From assembly GCA_964365955.1 (NCBI GenBank), contig CAYISA010000005.1, positions 751 through 64,750 of the forward strand: a DNA stretch of 64,000 nt, written 5' to 3'. Under the pieces are notes generated by a model. It was not told the origin of the DNA. It saw only the letters and a program-made list of their open reading frames with translations, and made no database searches. This stretch comes from an uncultured Candidatus Saccharibacteria bacterium. Its GTDB lineage: Bacteria > Patescibacteriota > Minisyncoccia > UBA6257 > GWB1-50-10. Below, piece after piece: positions 48,420 through 56,988 of the stretch. Positions within the stretch are counted from its first letter, which is position 1, and each line of letters begins with the position of its first letter. A program made the position numbers and the translations under genes.

Positions 48420-48435
48420 GGATACGGTTATTGTA

Positions 48436-48957
48436 TCAATAGTCCATACGCTTCGCGAGTTTGCGCTCTCCAGTCAGATAGGTGACGACCTGATACTGGT
48501 CCTTTTCTTCTTCTTCTTCTTCTTCTTCTTCGCTGTGGCCCCGGAACGCATCCATCGAGAATAACTTTCCGGTGGAGATGCCGAGCGCAACCGATTTGAT
48601 TTTTTCCTGGATCCTCATGCGTTGGCGCAGCGCCTCAAGTTTTTCGATATGAGAAACGTCAACCGTGGCTTTTGGAATTTCACGTTGCCACAGATAACGG
48701 CGCGGGTTCCACGCGAACACGAAAGCGTTTTTTAAGAATTTCGGGAACGGCTGTCCGTTGATTTCTACGAACGCGAGCGCAATAGCGAACCCTGCGACGA
48801 AAATAGAAAGAACAATCCATGCGCCGAAGGAGAAAATATAGAAAAAAATAAACGAAACAATTCCAGCCACGCCGACATAGAAAAGCTGTATCAATGTCAG
48901 AAACCCGACAATCTTCGCTTTTTCCTCGATAAATTGTGGGACCTGAAATGTTGCCAT
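48436..48957 (-). CDS. PrgI/VirB3-like small two-TM protein with a poly-Glu tract.
   Basis: The N-terminus ATFQVPQFIEEKAKIVGFLT plus two TM helices lie immediately upstream of VirB4. An E9 run is encoded by (GAA)9. Confidence 0.4.
   Translation of the reverse strand: MATFQVPQFIEEKAKIVGFLTLIQLFYVGVAGIVSFIFFYIFSFGAWIVLSIFVAGFAIALAFVEINGQPFPKFLKNAFVFAWNPRRYLWQREIPKATVDVSHIEKLEALRQRMRIQEKIKSVALGISTGKLFSMDAFRGHSEEEEEEEEEKDQYQVVTYLTGERKLAKRMDY
48505..48531. repeat. Perfect trinucleotide microsatellite: (TTC)9 on the plus strand, (GAA)9 in the minus-strand coding frame.
   Basis: Nine tandem TTC units read directly from the sequence. Confidence 0.95.
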
Positions 48958-48971
48958 AGAAAATACCGGTT

Positions 48972-49868
48972 CTAACGGAGATCCACCACGTTCCCTTCAA
49001 TGCGCGGAGTCGGTTTTTCTTCTAGTTTTACTTCCGGCACCTTGATTGGGAGCGGAGCCCCAGAGAGAGGGGTAGGTGCGCGAGAAAATCCCGACAAACT
49101 TCGCGGAAGCGGTTTTGCGTTGGGGTTCGGTTTTTGAGGCGGCGTGACGGGCGGAAATCCTATCGAGGCAATTGGTGTTACGGGAGTTTTGGTCTCGTCA
49201 TAATGTACGACGCGTTGCGTTTTCGGGATTTCCACTTCCACGCGCGCGGGCGCTCTTTCCCCCGAGGATTGGGGCATATTCGATTTAAAGAATCTGAACG
49301 GAAGCGAAAACCCTTTCCGGTCTTCCTTTGAAGTTGTTTCCACCGCGCTCTTTTCTTCGTGGATAATAAACGGCTTGATCTCTTTTTCGCCGGCAGAGGT
49401 GCTTTGCTGTGTAACCGATACGGCGCGAGGAGTCATCGCCCCACTTTTCCCGGGAAAGAAATCCAACGACACCTTTGGGCCGTTTATTTTTTGCGATTGT
49501 GGTACGGCAGACGCTGTTTTTTGAGCCGACTCCTCCTTAAGGGGAGAGTATCCCTGTTCCAGCTGTTTCTGAATCGGAAAAAAAATCTTTTTTTCGAGTT
49601 CATCCACCAGCGCGCGGGAGTGATCGAAGTTCAGAAACAACTCTTCGCTCACAAAATGCGCCAATTCGCGCGTGTGAATGAAGCCAAGAAGCGCGAGCCC
49701 CACCAACTGTTCAAAAATCTGCAATTTTTCTTCGTTCAAGTACTGTGTTTTCCCGATGGTGCGAATAATCCGTCCGTCTTCTTCGGAATTCAAGACGCCT
49801 TGCACCGACTCCGGCAGGGAGTCATATCGTTCCAACATTGCGTCTTGTGTTAGGAGTTGGTAGTTCAT
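48972..49868 (-). CDS. Hypothetical protein with a Pro-rich C-terminus.
   Basis: ORF in an operon context; no family recognised. Confidence 0.4.
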   Translation of the reverse strand: MNYQLLTQDAMLERYDSLPESVQGVLNSEEDGRIIRTIGKTQYLNEEKLQIFEQLVGLALLGFIHTRELAHFVSEELFLNFDHSRALVDELEKKIFFPIQKQLEQGYSPLKEESAQKTASAVPQSQKINGPKVSLDFFPGKSGAMTPRAVSVTQQSTSAGEKEIKPFIIHEEKSAVETTSKEDRKGFSLPFRFFKSNMPQSSGERAPARVEVEIPKTQRVVHYDETKTPVTPIASIGFPPVTPPQKPNPNAKPLPRSLSGFSRAPTPLSGAPLPIKVPEVKLEEKPTPRIEGNVVDLR

Positions 49869-49874
49869 GGGGTG

Positions 49875-52457
49875 TTATGGTGTTGGCGGTGTTGATCCTG
49901 GTGGTGGATTCCCTCCCCCCTGTTTTTTCTTCAGCTCATCTTGTGCGTCGGACGCGGCGTTTTGAAGTTCTGTGATCATAGCGATATCTTCGGGTTTGGT
50001 CATATCAAGAATTCCCGCGTTTTGAATGCTTGTTATTTGATTCGCAAGATCCTTAACACGCTGATCCCACTCCGCCGCGCCCTTCGGTTTTTTGACCCGA
50101 ATGTTCTGGAATGTATCAATCGTCTGCTCAATTTTCTTTATTTCCGCGTCTTTTATGTCAGCCTGTGTTTTATTTCCGTCACCAATATATTGGTCCCTCT
50201 GCTTTTTGAGAGTTTGCATATGGGTTTCCCATTTCTTTTCGGCCAAGAATAATTTTTTATCTTCCTCATTAAAGCGCCGAATCTGCGCGTCCAAACTCTT
50301 AATTTTTTCGTCATATGCCGAAGACGGAACCATTTTATTTTCGATCTGCTTATCGCGTAACGCGGCGATCTCTTTCTTCTGCGCCTTTGCTTCCGCCGCC
50401 GTTTCCGGTTTTCCATGTTCTTTATCGCGGCGATCCATAAGAGAGTATTCCTGATACTCCAAAGCCTTCTTTTCTCTTTCAAGCCGAGGCTTATCAAGGG
50501 ATGATGCAACGTTGATCTCTTTTTGTTTGTCATTGCTCTCTTCCGTCACGCGATCTATTTCTTCTTCGATTGCCGGACCCTCCAGTTTTCCTTGCATCTT
50601 GCGGAGCTGCGCCTCGCGCTCCCGCGGATCTGTGTAGTTTGTTGCCGTTTTGTGGATGCGTTGTGCTTCCTCGTTTGCGGAGTCGGAGTCTTGTATCTTA
50701 TTCTGCAAAGTTCCAATCTGCGACTGTGTTACGCGTTTCTGTTCGGTAAGTCTCTCGATCTGGTCCTTGTCTTTTGTTGCAGAAATCGCAGCATCAATTT
50801 TTGTCAGGTCGTCGTGAAGCGTGTTAAGTTCGCTGTCTACCAAAGTGGTATTCGACGGATCAATCTGTGCATGCAGTTCATCCCGCTGTTTGTTGATTTC
50901 TTTCTGTCCTGCGCCGGCATAACCCTGTTGTTCCGTGGCGTCCGTAATACGCTTTGCGGCTTTCTCTTGTTCCGTTGCGGAGAGTTTTTCTTTCGGTTTT
51001 TCCTTCTCTTTGAAAATTCCCGCGCTCGTCAACATATTACCCATAACAGATCCTGGGTTGATTTTTTCCTGTAGCGCAAGGTTTTTGGTGTATTTTTCAG
51101 CTCCTTTCAGCGTGGCGCCCACACCGCCTTTCTTTGCGTCGTACGGTCGTATTCCTAAAGCAGACGTCGTAACGTTGGATGCAACTGCCGCGATTTTACG
51201 CCAGCCTTTCATATTCTTTGTATCAAAGCCTTTCTCAAGTTTCTGTAAGCGTCCACCAAGTTTTCCAGCTCCTGTCGCCAGTTTCTGTCCCATTTCCGTT
51301 TGCGCGACTCTTTTTTGATACAACGCTTTCGTACGCGCCCCCGCGTATTTTCGCAGACCCTTCCCGCCGTCTTTTGCCATTTTGACTGCCGCGCCGGCAC
51401 CCTCAATTCCCATTTTGTCCGCCACAATCAAACCGCCCAACATCACGCCCGCAACGATAATCATCTGAACGCCCTGTTGCATGATGCCACCCAAGACTCC
51501 GCCCAAAAAACCTCCGGCAGCCGCGCCGCCCATCGAACTCATTCCCGCTCCGCCCGTTCCCGCGAGTTTCGCAAGCTGTTTTACGGACGCAATTGAAAGA
51601 AACATGAAAAAAGTTGAGGCGGGAGCGAAAAATGTCCATTTCATAAAATCGTGCCACCATTTGCTGTACTGGCTTGAAAGCGGCGGAAATACCCAGAAAA
51701 GCCAGACAAGCGGCGAAAGAATCGCAAGGAACGAGAGATGTAAGAAACGGAGGAGCAGAAGAAACGCGAACGCCAAAAACACGAATGTCGCAAGAAGCGT
51801 AAAGACCATGGTAAACACAAGCCCCGCAACGGAGCTCAATGCTCCGACCGTAAGCGAAGTAAGCGCGCCCTCTTCTTCCGCCGGGTTTGGCGGTGCTGGG
51901 TCTTCTTCGCCGATCAGAAATTTTTGTGGACCGAATGCATCCGCAAGTGTGCCCGTGAGACCACTCGGACCCACACCCGTTCCCGTGGTCGTCTGTTTGA
52001 TGAAAAAATTAGTTATCGTGTTTGAAAAGTTCACAAAAACGGCCATGAGCGGCAAACTGAAGTTCACGATAATCGCCGCGGCGATGAGCTTCGGCAGAAG
52101 TTTTTTAGCGGCATAATCGCGGTACCGGACAATCGTGGAAACCGCGATGATAATGATCACGATCACAAAACCAAGGTTCGCAATATCGCGCACAATCGGC
52201 CAACCGACTGTCACAATCGTATTCCCTTTTCCGAGCACGCCCTGATTGATATTCAGCATCACATCCACAAGAAACGCGGCAAGCTGGAACAGGACCGAAA
52301 AAATGAAGTTCAGAATATACGCAAGAATTTTAAATGCGCCAATAACAATATCCGTGACGCTACCAAACGGCCAGACAGCATGCGTTACTGACGGCGTGAT
52401 CAAAACCATAAGCGCGAGTCCGGCTACAATAAGATATTTTTTAGGAATACGTTTCAT
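49875..52457 (-). CDS. VirB6/TrbL-like polytopic membrane protein with a long C-terminal coiled-coil and a Pro/Gly tail (860 aa).
   Basis: Eight or more TM helices in the first ~330 aa. It sits upstream of the VirB3/VirB4 analogues, as PrgH/VirB6 does. The C-terminus is a charged coiled-coil ending GGGNPPPGSTPPTP. Confidence 0.45.
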   Translation of the reverse strand: MKRIPKKYLIVAGLALMVLITPSVTHAVWPFGSVTDIVIGAFKILAYILNFIFSVLFQLAAFLVDVMLNINQGVLGKGNTIVTVGWPIVRDIANLGFVIVIIIIAVSTIVRYRDYAAKKLLPKLIAAAIIVNFSLPLMAVFVNFSNTITNFFIKQTTTGTGVGPSGLTGTLADAFGPQKFLIGEEDPAPPNPAEEEGALTSLTVGALSSVAGLVFTMVFTLLATFVFLAFAFLLLLRFLHLSFLAILSPLVWLFWVFPPLSSQYSKWWHDFMKWTFFAPASTFFMFLSIASVKQLAKLAGTGGAGMSSMGGAAAGGFLGGVLGGIMQQGVQMIIVAGVMLGGLIVADKMGIEGAGAAVKMAKDGGKGLRKYAGARTKALYQKRVAQTEMGQKLATGAGKLGGRLQKLEKGFDTKNMKGWRKIAAVASNVTTSALGIRPYDAKKGGVGATLKGAEKYTKNLALQEKINPGSVMGNMLTSAGIFKEKEKPKEKLSATEQEKAAKRITDATEQQGYAGAGQKEINKQRDELHAQIDPSNTTLVDSELNTLHDDLTKIDAAISATKDKDQIERLTEQKRVTQSQIGTLQNKIQDSDSANEEAQRIHKTATNYTDPREREAQLRKMQGKLEGPAIEEEIDRVTEESNDKQKEINVASSLDKPRLEREKKALEYQEYSLMDRRDKEHGKPETAAEAKAQKKEIAALRDKQIENKMVPSSAYDEKIKSLDAQIRRFNEEDKKLFLAEKKWETHMQTLKKQRDQYIGDGNKTQADIKDAEIKKIEQTIDTFQNIRVKKPKGAAEWDQRVKDLANQITSIQNAGILDMTKPEDIAMITELQNAASDAQDELKKKQGGGNPPPGSTPPTP

Positions 52458-52463
52458 GTGGTG

Positions 52464-54284
52464 TTATAGCGAACAGGCGTAGGGACCGGCTTGGCACGCT
52501 CTTAACCGCGGATTTACCGTGGACGAGGCAACCGTGTTGATGTCGAAGCTAAAGCTCGGAACGATGGTAGTGATGATATTCTCTACAGAAAGATAAACAT
52601 TATTTACGACCGCAACCAGTTCTGTAAGCGATGCAACGGAGATAGCGGGGTCGTTCGCGGCAGTGCGGACTTGCTGAAGCTGGCCGGAGAGCGTTTTTAA
52701 CGAATCCAACTGGGATTGGATCACGTTTGCGCGGGTCGTGTTATTTTTTGCGATTGTCTCTGTGCTTGCACAAGGGAAGTCGGGATAGAGACCATCGGGA
52801 TCTGGAATTTTTATTTTTTCACACGCAACCAAAAGTGTTGTGGACGCAATCAAACGGTTGTTCAATGGCGTGAGTATGGGGAGCGGTGAACTAATCGTCA
52901 AAAGCGAAGAACTTGCGACGCGCATGCGCGCGGTAGTTAAGGCAATCGTCTTTGAGATCGCGTCTTTTAGCTGTGCGCTGGGGTCGAATGAGGTTCCGTA
53001 CTCGCTCCCATACCCGCCATAACGCTGATCACGCGGATCACGGCTATTATTCCACGTTTCCGAAGCGCGTCCCGTACCGCTCTCGCTCGAGAGGTTGTTC
53101 GAATCTCCACGAAGTCCTTTCACCCCTTCTTTGAATAGACGATTAATTGAGGCGTCAAAAATGGCGGAGATGTAGGGGGCAAGATCATCTGCGTTAGCAA
53201 GTAGTTGTATATCAGGTTGTATAAGCGCCTGATTTGTAAGACTTGCAACCGTTGTTCCAGGAACAGTGACCTTTTCTTTGGTACACTTCCACGTTGATGC
53301 GCTAACTGCCCCGGCTCCAACAGGAAGAGCTGTAGGTATAAATCCTTGACGCGCGGCGTCTGTATCATAAAAATTATCGTTCCAAACTGGACCGTTAGGA
53401 CCGTAGGGATTAGGAGAATTATCCGACCGCATGGATTGTGGATGTACAGAGTTATCTCCAAGGCGAAGATCGCGTGACCACTCGTAACACGCTTTTTCGT
53501 CTGTGTATCCGCCACCGGAATTTAATGCGATGCGATCCGCCTCCGCTTTTTGCGCCTGCAGTTTCGACGCCTGATCGACTGCCAGAATTTCGAGCCCCCA
53601 GCGATTATTCTGCGGCTTCAGCACTTCGTTGTATCCAACCCAGCCGCCCGCGCGAAAGTCACGGTTAAAATCCCCCACGTTTTTTACGACATCCGTAAGC
53701 GTGCAGTTCACCTGTTCTGTAAATGGAGCGGGTTGTTGAAGTTGCAGTTGCAAACGTGCCGTTAGACTGCCGGAACAGAGATTACTAAATCCCAGCGCCT
53801 CTACGGTCTGTCCGATGGATTCATCGGCGGTATCTTTTAAGAAACCTCCAAAATCATCAACGAAACGAGGTTGTCCGCTACCATCGTCCTTTATCCAAGC
53901 CACAACATCGTCGGTCATTTTATCCAAAAGGCGTTTTTTGAATTTCTGAAGAGCAACCTTCGCTATTTTATCGGTGACATATTTGATGCAGTTTTTTAAG
54001 CCCTCTTTATGGGCAAGATTGCGCAGTTCAGCGTCCTTTACAGCATCTTCTCCGCCGCCAAAAAGACCGCCAAGAACACCGCCAATAATCGGAATGCCTT
54101 CAGCAATTTTACTTAGACGATTTTGGATCTGTGCGAACAAAAGGTCGAGCCCGAGATCGGACAAACAATCCTTCCCAGGGTCGGGATCCGCAGCGGAGAC
54201 GTTACGGGGAATTATTCCAATTCCAAACGCGGTCGCAAGAATCGCTACAAGGAGAACGCCGGATAGGGCGCGCGTAGGTTTCAT
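52464..54284 (-). CDS. Large secreted protein of unknown function (606 aa).
   Basis: Signal peptide; no recognised catalytic motif. Confidence 0.45.
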   Translation of the reverse strand: MKPTRALSGVLLVAILATAFGIGIIPRNVSAADPDPGKDCLSDLGLDLLFAQIQNRLSKIAEGIPIIGGVLGGLFGGGEDAVKDAELRNLAHKEGLKNCIKYVTDKIAKVALQKFKKRLLDKMTDDVVAWIKDDGSGQPRFVDDFGGFLKDTADESIGQTVEALGFSNLCSGSLTARLQLQLQQPAPFTEQVNCTLTDVVKNVGDFNRDFRAGGWVGYNEVLKPQNNRWGLEILAVDQASKLQAQKAEADRIALNSGGGYTDEKACYEWSRDLRLGDNSVHPQSMRSDNSPNPYGPNGPVWNDNFYDTDAARQGFIPTALPVGAGAVSASTWKCTKEKVTVPGTTVASLTNQALIQPDIQLLANADDLAPYISAIFDASINRLFKEGVKGLRGDSNNLSSESGTGRASETWNNSRDPRDQRYGGYGSEYGTSFDPSAQLKDAISKTIALTTARMRVASSSLLTISSPLPILTPLNNRLIASTTLLVACEKIKIPDPDGLYPDFPCASTETIAKNNTTRANVIQSQLDSLKTLSGQLQQVRTAANDPAISVASLTELVAVVNNVYLSVENIITTIVPSFSFDINTVASSTVNPRLRACQAGPYACSL

Positions 54285-55111
54285 AAGGATGGTTGCCCCA
54301 AAGATTTTCCGATCTCGGTCTGAAATGTTTCAAGAAGCTGACTTTCTCGGTCCGCGCTTTCCGACAATTTATTGATTGCCATATAAGCCCTGAAGGGATC
54401 TTCCGCACTTTGCGAAATAATCGTTCCAAGCGAAAATCGCGCTTGCCAGAGATTCAAAAGTTCTACATGAAATGCGCCCCATCCGGACGGAACCTTTATC
54501 GAGAGAAGATCAGTTACATAGTGTGATGCGGCATCCAACTGACTTTGTATGGCAGTGGTGCGCCCATTCTGGAATGCGTCCACGATTCCCAAAAAATAAT
54601 TCGAGGTAACATTTTTGAATTCTTTCGTATGCATCTCCACGACGGTTTTGAAATACGTGGTTAATTCTTCTTTTGTGGGAGCGGTCACGGAAACGCGGAT
54701 ATCGCGAACGCTATAAGTGGGAATCGTAAGGGATTGTGTATTCAGTTCGTTTGAAACAATAGAGTTTAAAGCGTCTTCCGTAGGAACAGAAACTTTGCCG
54801 CCGTTCAGCCCGGATCCTTTCGGATTTTGCTTCAAGATCTGGAGCGTGTAAGCATTCAGAACATTTTCCGTGATATTGCCAGAAAGGACGTTCGCGGGTT
54901 TCAGCGGTTCCGGCGTCGCAGTTTGTGATGTAGGCGCTTGAATGGATGCAAAATAAGGCGAGCTTTTTATGGACCCGCCCGACGGATCCATAGAAACAAG
55001 GATGTTTTGTTGGGGCGCACTCCCGCTTTTTGCGATGACGAAAGAAAATAAAACGCTTCCCGCAAGAATCATCAAGGCGTATACTCTTTTTCTTGTGAAA
55101 AGTGTTCGCAT
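54281..55111 (-). CDS. Secreted/membrane-anchored protein of unknown function (first gene of the operon).
   Basis: N-terminal hydrophobic anchor. An AAGGAA RBS sits 17 nt after the ksgA stop. Confidence 0.45.
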   Translation of the reverse strand: MRTLFTRKRVYALMILAGSVLFSFVIAKSGSAPQQNILVSMDPSGGSIKSSPYFASIQAPTSQTATPEPLKPANVLSGNITENVLNAYTLQILKQNPKGSGLNGGKVSVPTEDALNSIVSNELNTQSLTIPTYSVRDIRVSVTAPTKEELTTYFKTVVEMHTKEFKNVTSNYFLGIVDAFQNGRTTAIQSQLDAASHYVTDLLSIKVPSGWGAFHVELLNLWQARFSLGTIISQSAEDPFRAYMAINKLSESADRESQLLETFQTEIGKSLGQPSL

Positions 55112-55127
55112 TTTCCTTTATTATACA

Positions 55128-55931
55128 CTATTTTTGCGGACATCCGAGTGTTTTTGTAAGTGCTATAATGGTTTCAACCGATAGATTCTGCGGGCGGCTG
55201 TTTGCAGGAACAGAAAGATGCGCTAATGCTTTGATGACGGCGGTTTTTTTCGCGGGGTAGGCAAAAACAAGGTTGTTCAAAACCGTCTTTCTCGGTTGCC
55301 GGAAGAGATTGCGGACGAATAAGAAGTAATTTTTCAAAAAAGAATCATCGGGAATCCCGGGTTTCGAGTTTAACTCTATGACGGCGGAGTTCACGTTGGG
55401 CTGTGGCGAAAAATAGCGGGCCGGAATTTTTAAAATGAGTTTGGGCGTTGCCCATATCTGGAGCGTAGCGGCCAACAGATTCATGCGTGGCGGAAGCGCA
55501 ACGATCCGTTCCGCTACTTCTTGCTGGATCGTAAACACCGCGCGCGTCGGCCGTTTCGGCAAATCTCCCAGCAGGCGGAATAAATAACCCGTGAGGTAAT
55601 ACGGGATATTCCCTATGACCTTAAAGCCATTTTTGTTTGAAAAACGCGCGACAACGCCGGGAAGTTCTTTTCGGACATCTCCTTCCCTTACAACCAAATT
55701 CGGAAAGCGCGAAACCGGGAATATCCTGCGAAGCTCCTTTGCGAGGCGCGCATCCTTTTCGATTGTGAGAAGGTGAAGTTTCGGAACTTTCTCTAAAAGC
55801 GCGCGCGTCAGTTCGCCGTGACCCGGACCCACTTCGATGACCGCGTCTTCGCCGGTTGGTTCAAGCGCATCCGCAATTGCGAAGAGAGTCGGGTGGTGCG
55901 TCAAAAAATGTTGTCCTAATCGTTTCGGCAT
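55128..55931 (-). CDS. ksgA: 16S rRNA adenine dimethyltransferase KsgA/RsmA.
   Basis: LGQHFL N-terminal motif and SAM-binding VIEVGPGHGELT. Start taken at MPKRLGQHFL. Confidence 0.85.
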   Translation of the reverse strand: MPKRLGQHFLTHHPTLFAIADALEPTGEDAVIEVGPGHGELTRALLEKVPKLHLLTIEKDARLAKELRRIFPVSRFPNLVVREGDVRKELPGVVARFSNKNGFKVIGNIPYYLTGYLFRLLGDLPKRPTRAVFTIQQEVAERIVALPPRMNLLAATLQIWATPKLILKIPARYFSPQPNVNSAVIELNSKPGIPDDSFLKNYFLFVRNLFRQPRKTVLNNLVFAYPAKKTAVIKALAHLSVPANSRPQNLSVETIIALTKTLGCPQK

Positions 55932-55986
55932 GTTATATTGGGGTATCAGTACTATTCTAAGCCACATTTTGGAATACGGTAAGCGA

Positions 55987-56988
55987 ATGCTTAAGACGAC
56001 CACACTTTGGTCGATTGTTTTTCTGTGTATCGCGGTATCGGGGAGCGTTGCTTTTTCCGTGTTGGTGCGCAAGGGCAGTACGTTGGAAGAGATCTATCGC
56101 GTGGAGGGAGGTCTCGCAAACGGAAATGACGACTTTTCTTTTGCAGTAGGAAGACAGGGAATAGGAAACGGGCATGCCACTTTGGAAGCGATGCGCTTTG
56201 TATCTATGGACGGGTCTCTTCTTGCGTCCCTTTCCCCTTTAACGAACATGATTGCTTCGCGGAACGGCCTGAAGCGGTACACGGTGCAGAAAAAAGATAC
56301 GCTCGCAAAAATCGCCTCGCAATTCAATATCGATGTGGCGACCATCAAGGCGGCGAATCCGGGTATTCGCTCGGGGCTTCGTCCGGGGCAGCAAATCAGC
56401 ATTTTGCCTGTTTCGGGCATCGTGTACGACGTTGTGGAAGGCGATACGGTGGAATCACTCGCGTTAAAATTCCATATGGAACCCGATCTTTTCAGGCGTT
56501 ACAACCCCGATTTTCAGAAAGTTTTAGTAACGGGCCGCGGAACGCTTATTTTACCGAACGTGAAACCGGATACATCGCTCATCGCCAAAAAAGAAGGGGC
56601 GCTCCCCGATCTAAAAGGCTATTTTTCGCTTCCCGCGAAAGGATGGAATTGGGGCGAGCTACACGAAAAAAACGCGGTGGATATCGCGAATAAATGCGGA
56701 ACGGAAGTATACGCATCGGCGGACGGAGTGGTGGTTCCGGATGACAAGTTCGGCGAAGGTGCGGACGGGTGGAATGATGGATACGGCGTTTTTGTTTTGT
56801 TGGAACACCCGAACGGCACGCGTACGCGGTACGCGCATTTGGGACGGGCGCTCGTGACGGTGGGAGAAGAAGTGAGTCAAGGAACCATCGTGGGCGTGAT
56901 GGGGAACACGGGGAACACGCACGGACCCAGCGGGTGCCACCTTCATTTTGAAGTGCTCGGCGCAAAGAACCCTTTCGCTATTCGCTGA
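55987..56988 (+). CDS. LysM-domain plus M23 family metallopeptidase.
   Basis: LysM region YTVQKKDTLAKIASQFNIDVATIKAANP, and the M23 motifs HxxxD-like and GCHLHFEV. Confidence 0.8.
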   Translation: MLKTTTLWSIVFLCIAVSGSVAFSVLVRKGSTLEEIYRVEGGLANGNDDFSFAVGRQGIGNGHATLEAMRFVSMDGSLLASLSPLTNMIASRNGLKRYTVQKKDTLAKIASQFNIDVATIKAANPGIRSGLRPGQQISILPVSGIVYDVVEGDTVESLALKFHMEPDLFRRYNPDFQKVLVTGRGTLILPNVKPDTSLIAKKEGALPDLKGYFSLPAKGWNWGELHEKNAVDIANKCGTEVYASADGVVVPDDKFGEGADGWNDGYGVFVLLEHPNGTRTRYAHLGRALVTVGEEVSQGTIVGVMGNTGNTHGPSGCHLHFEVLGAKNPFAIR

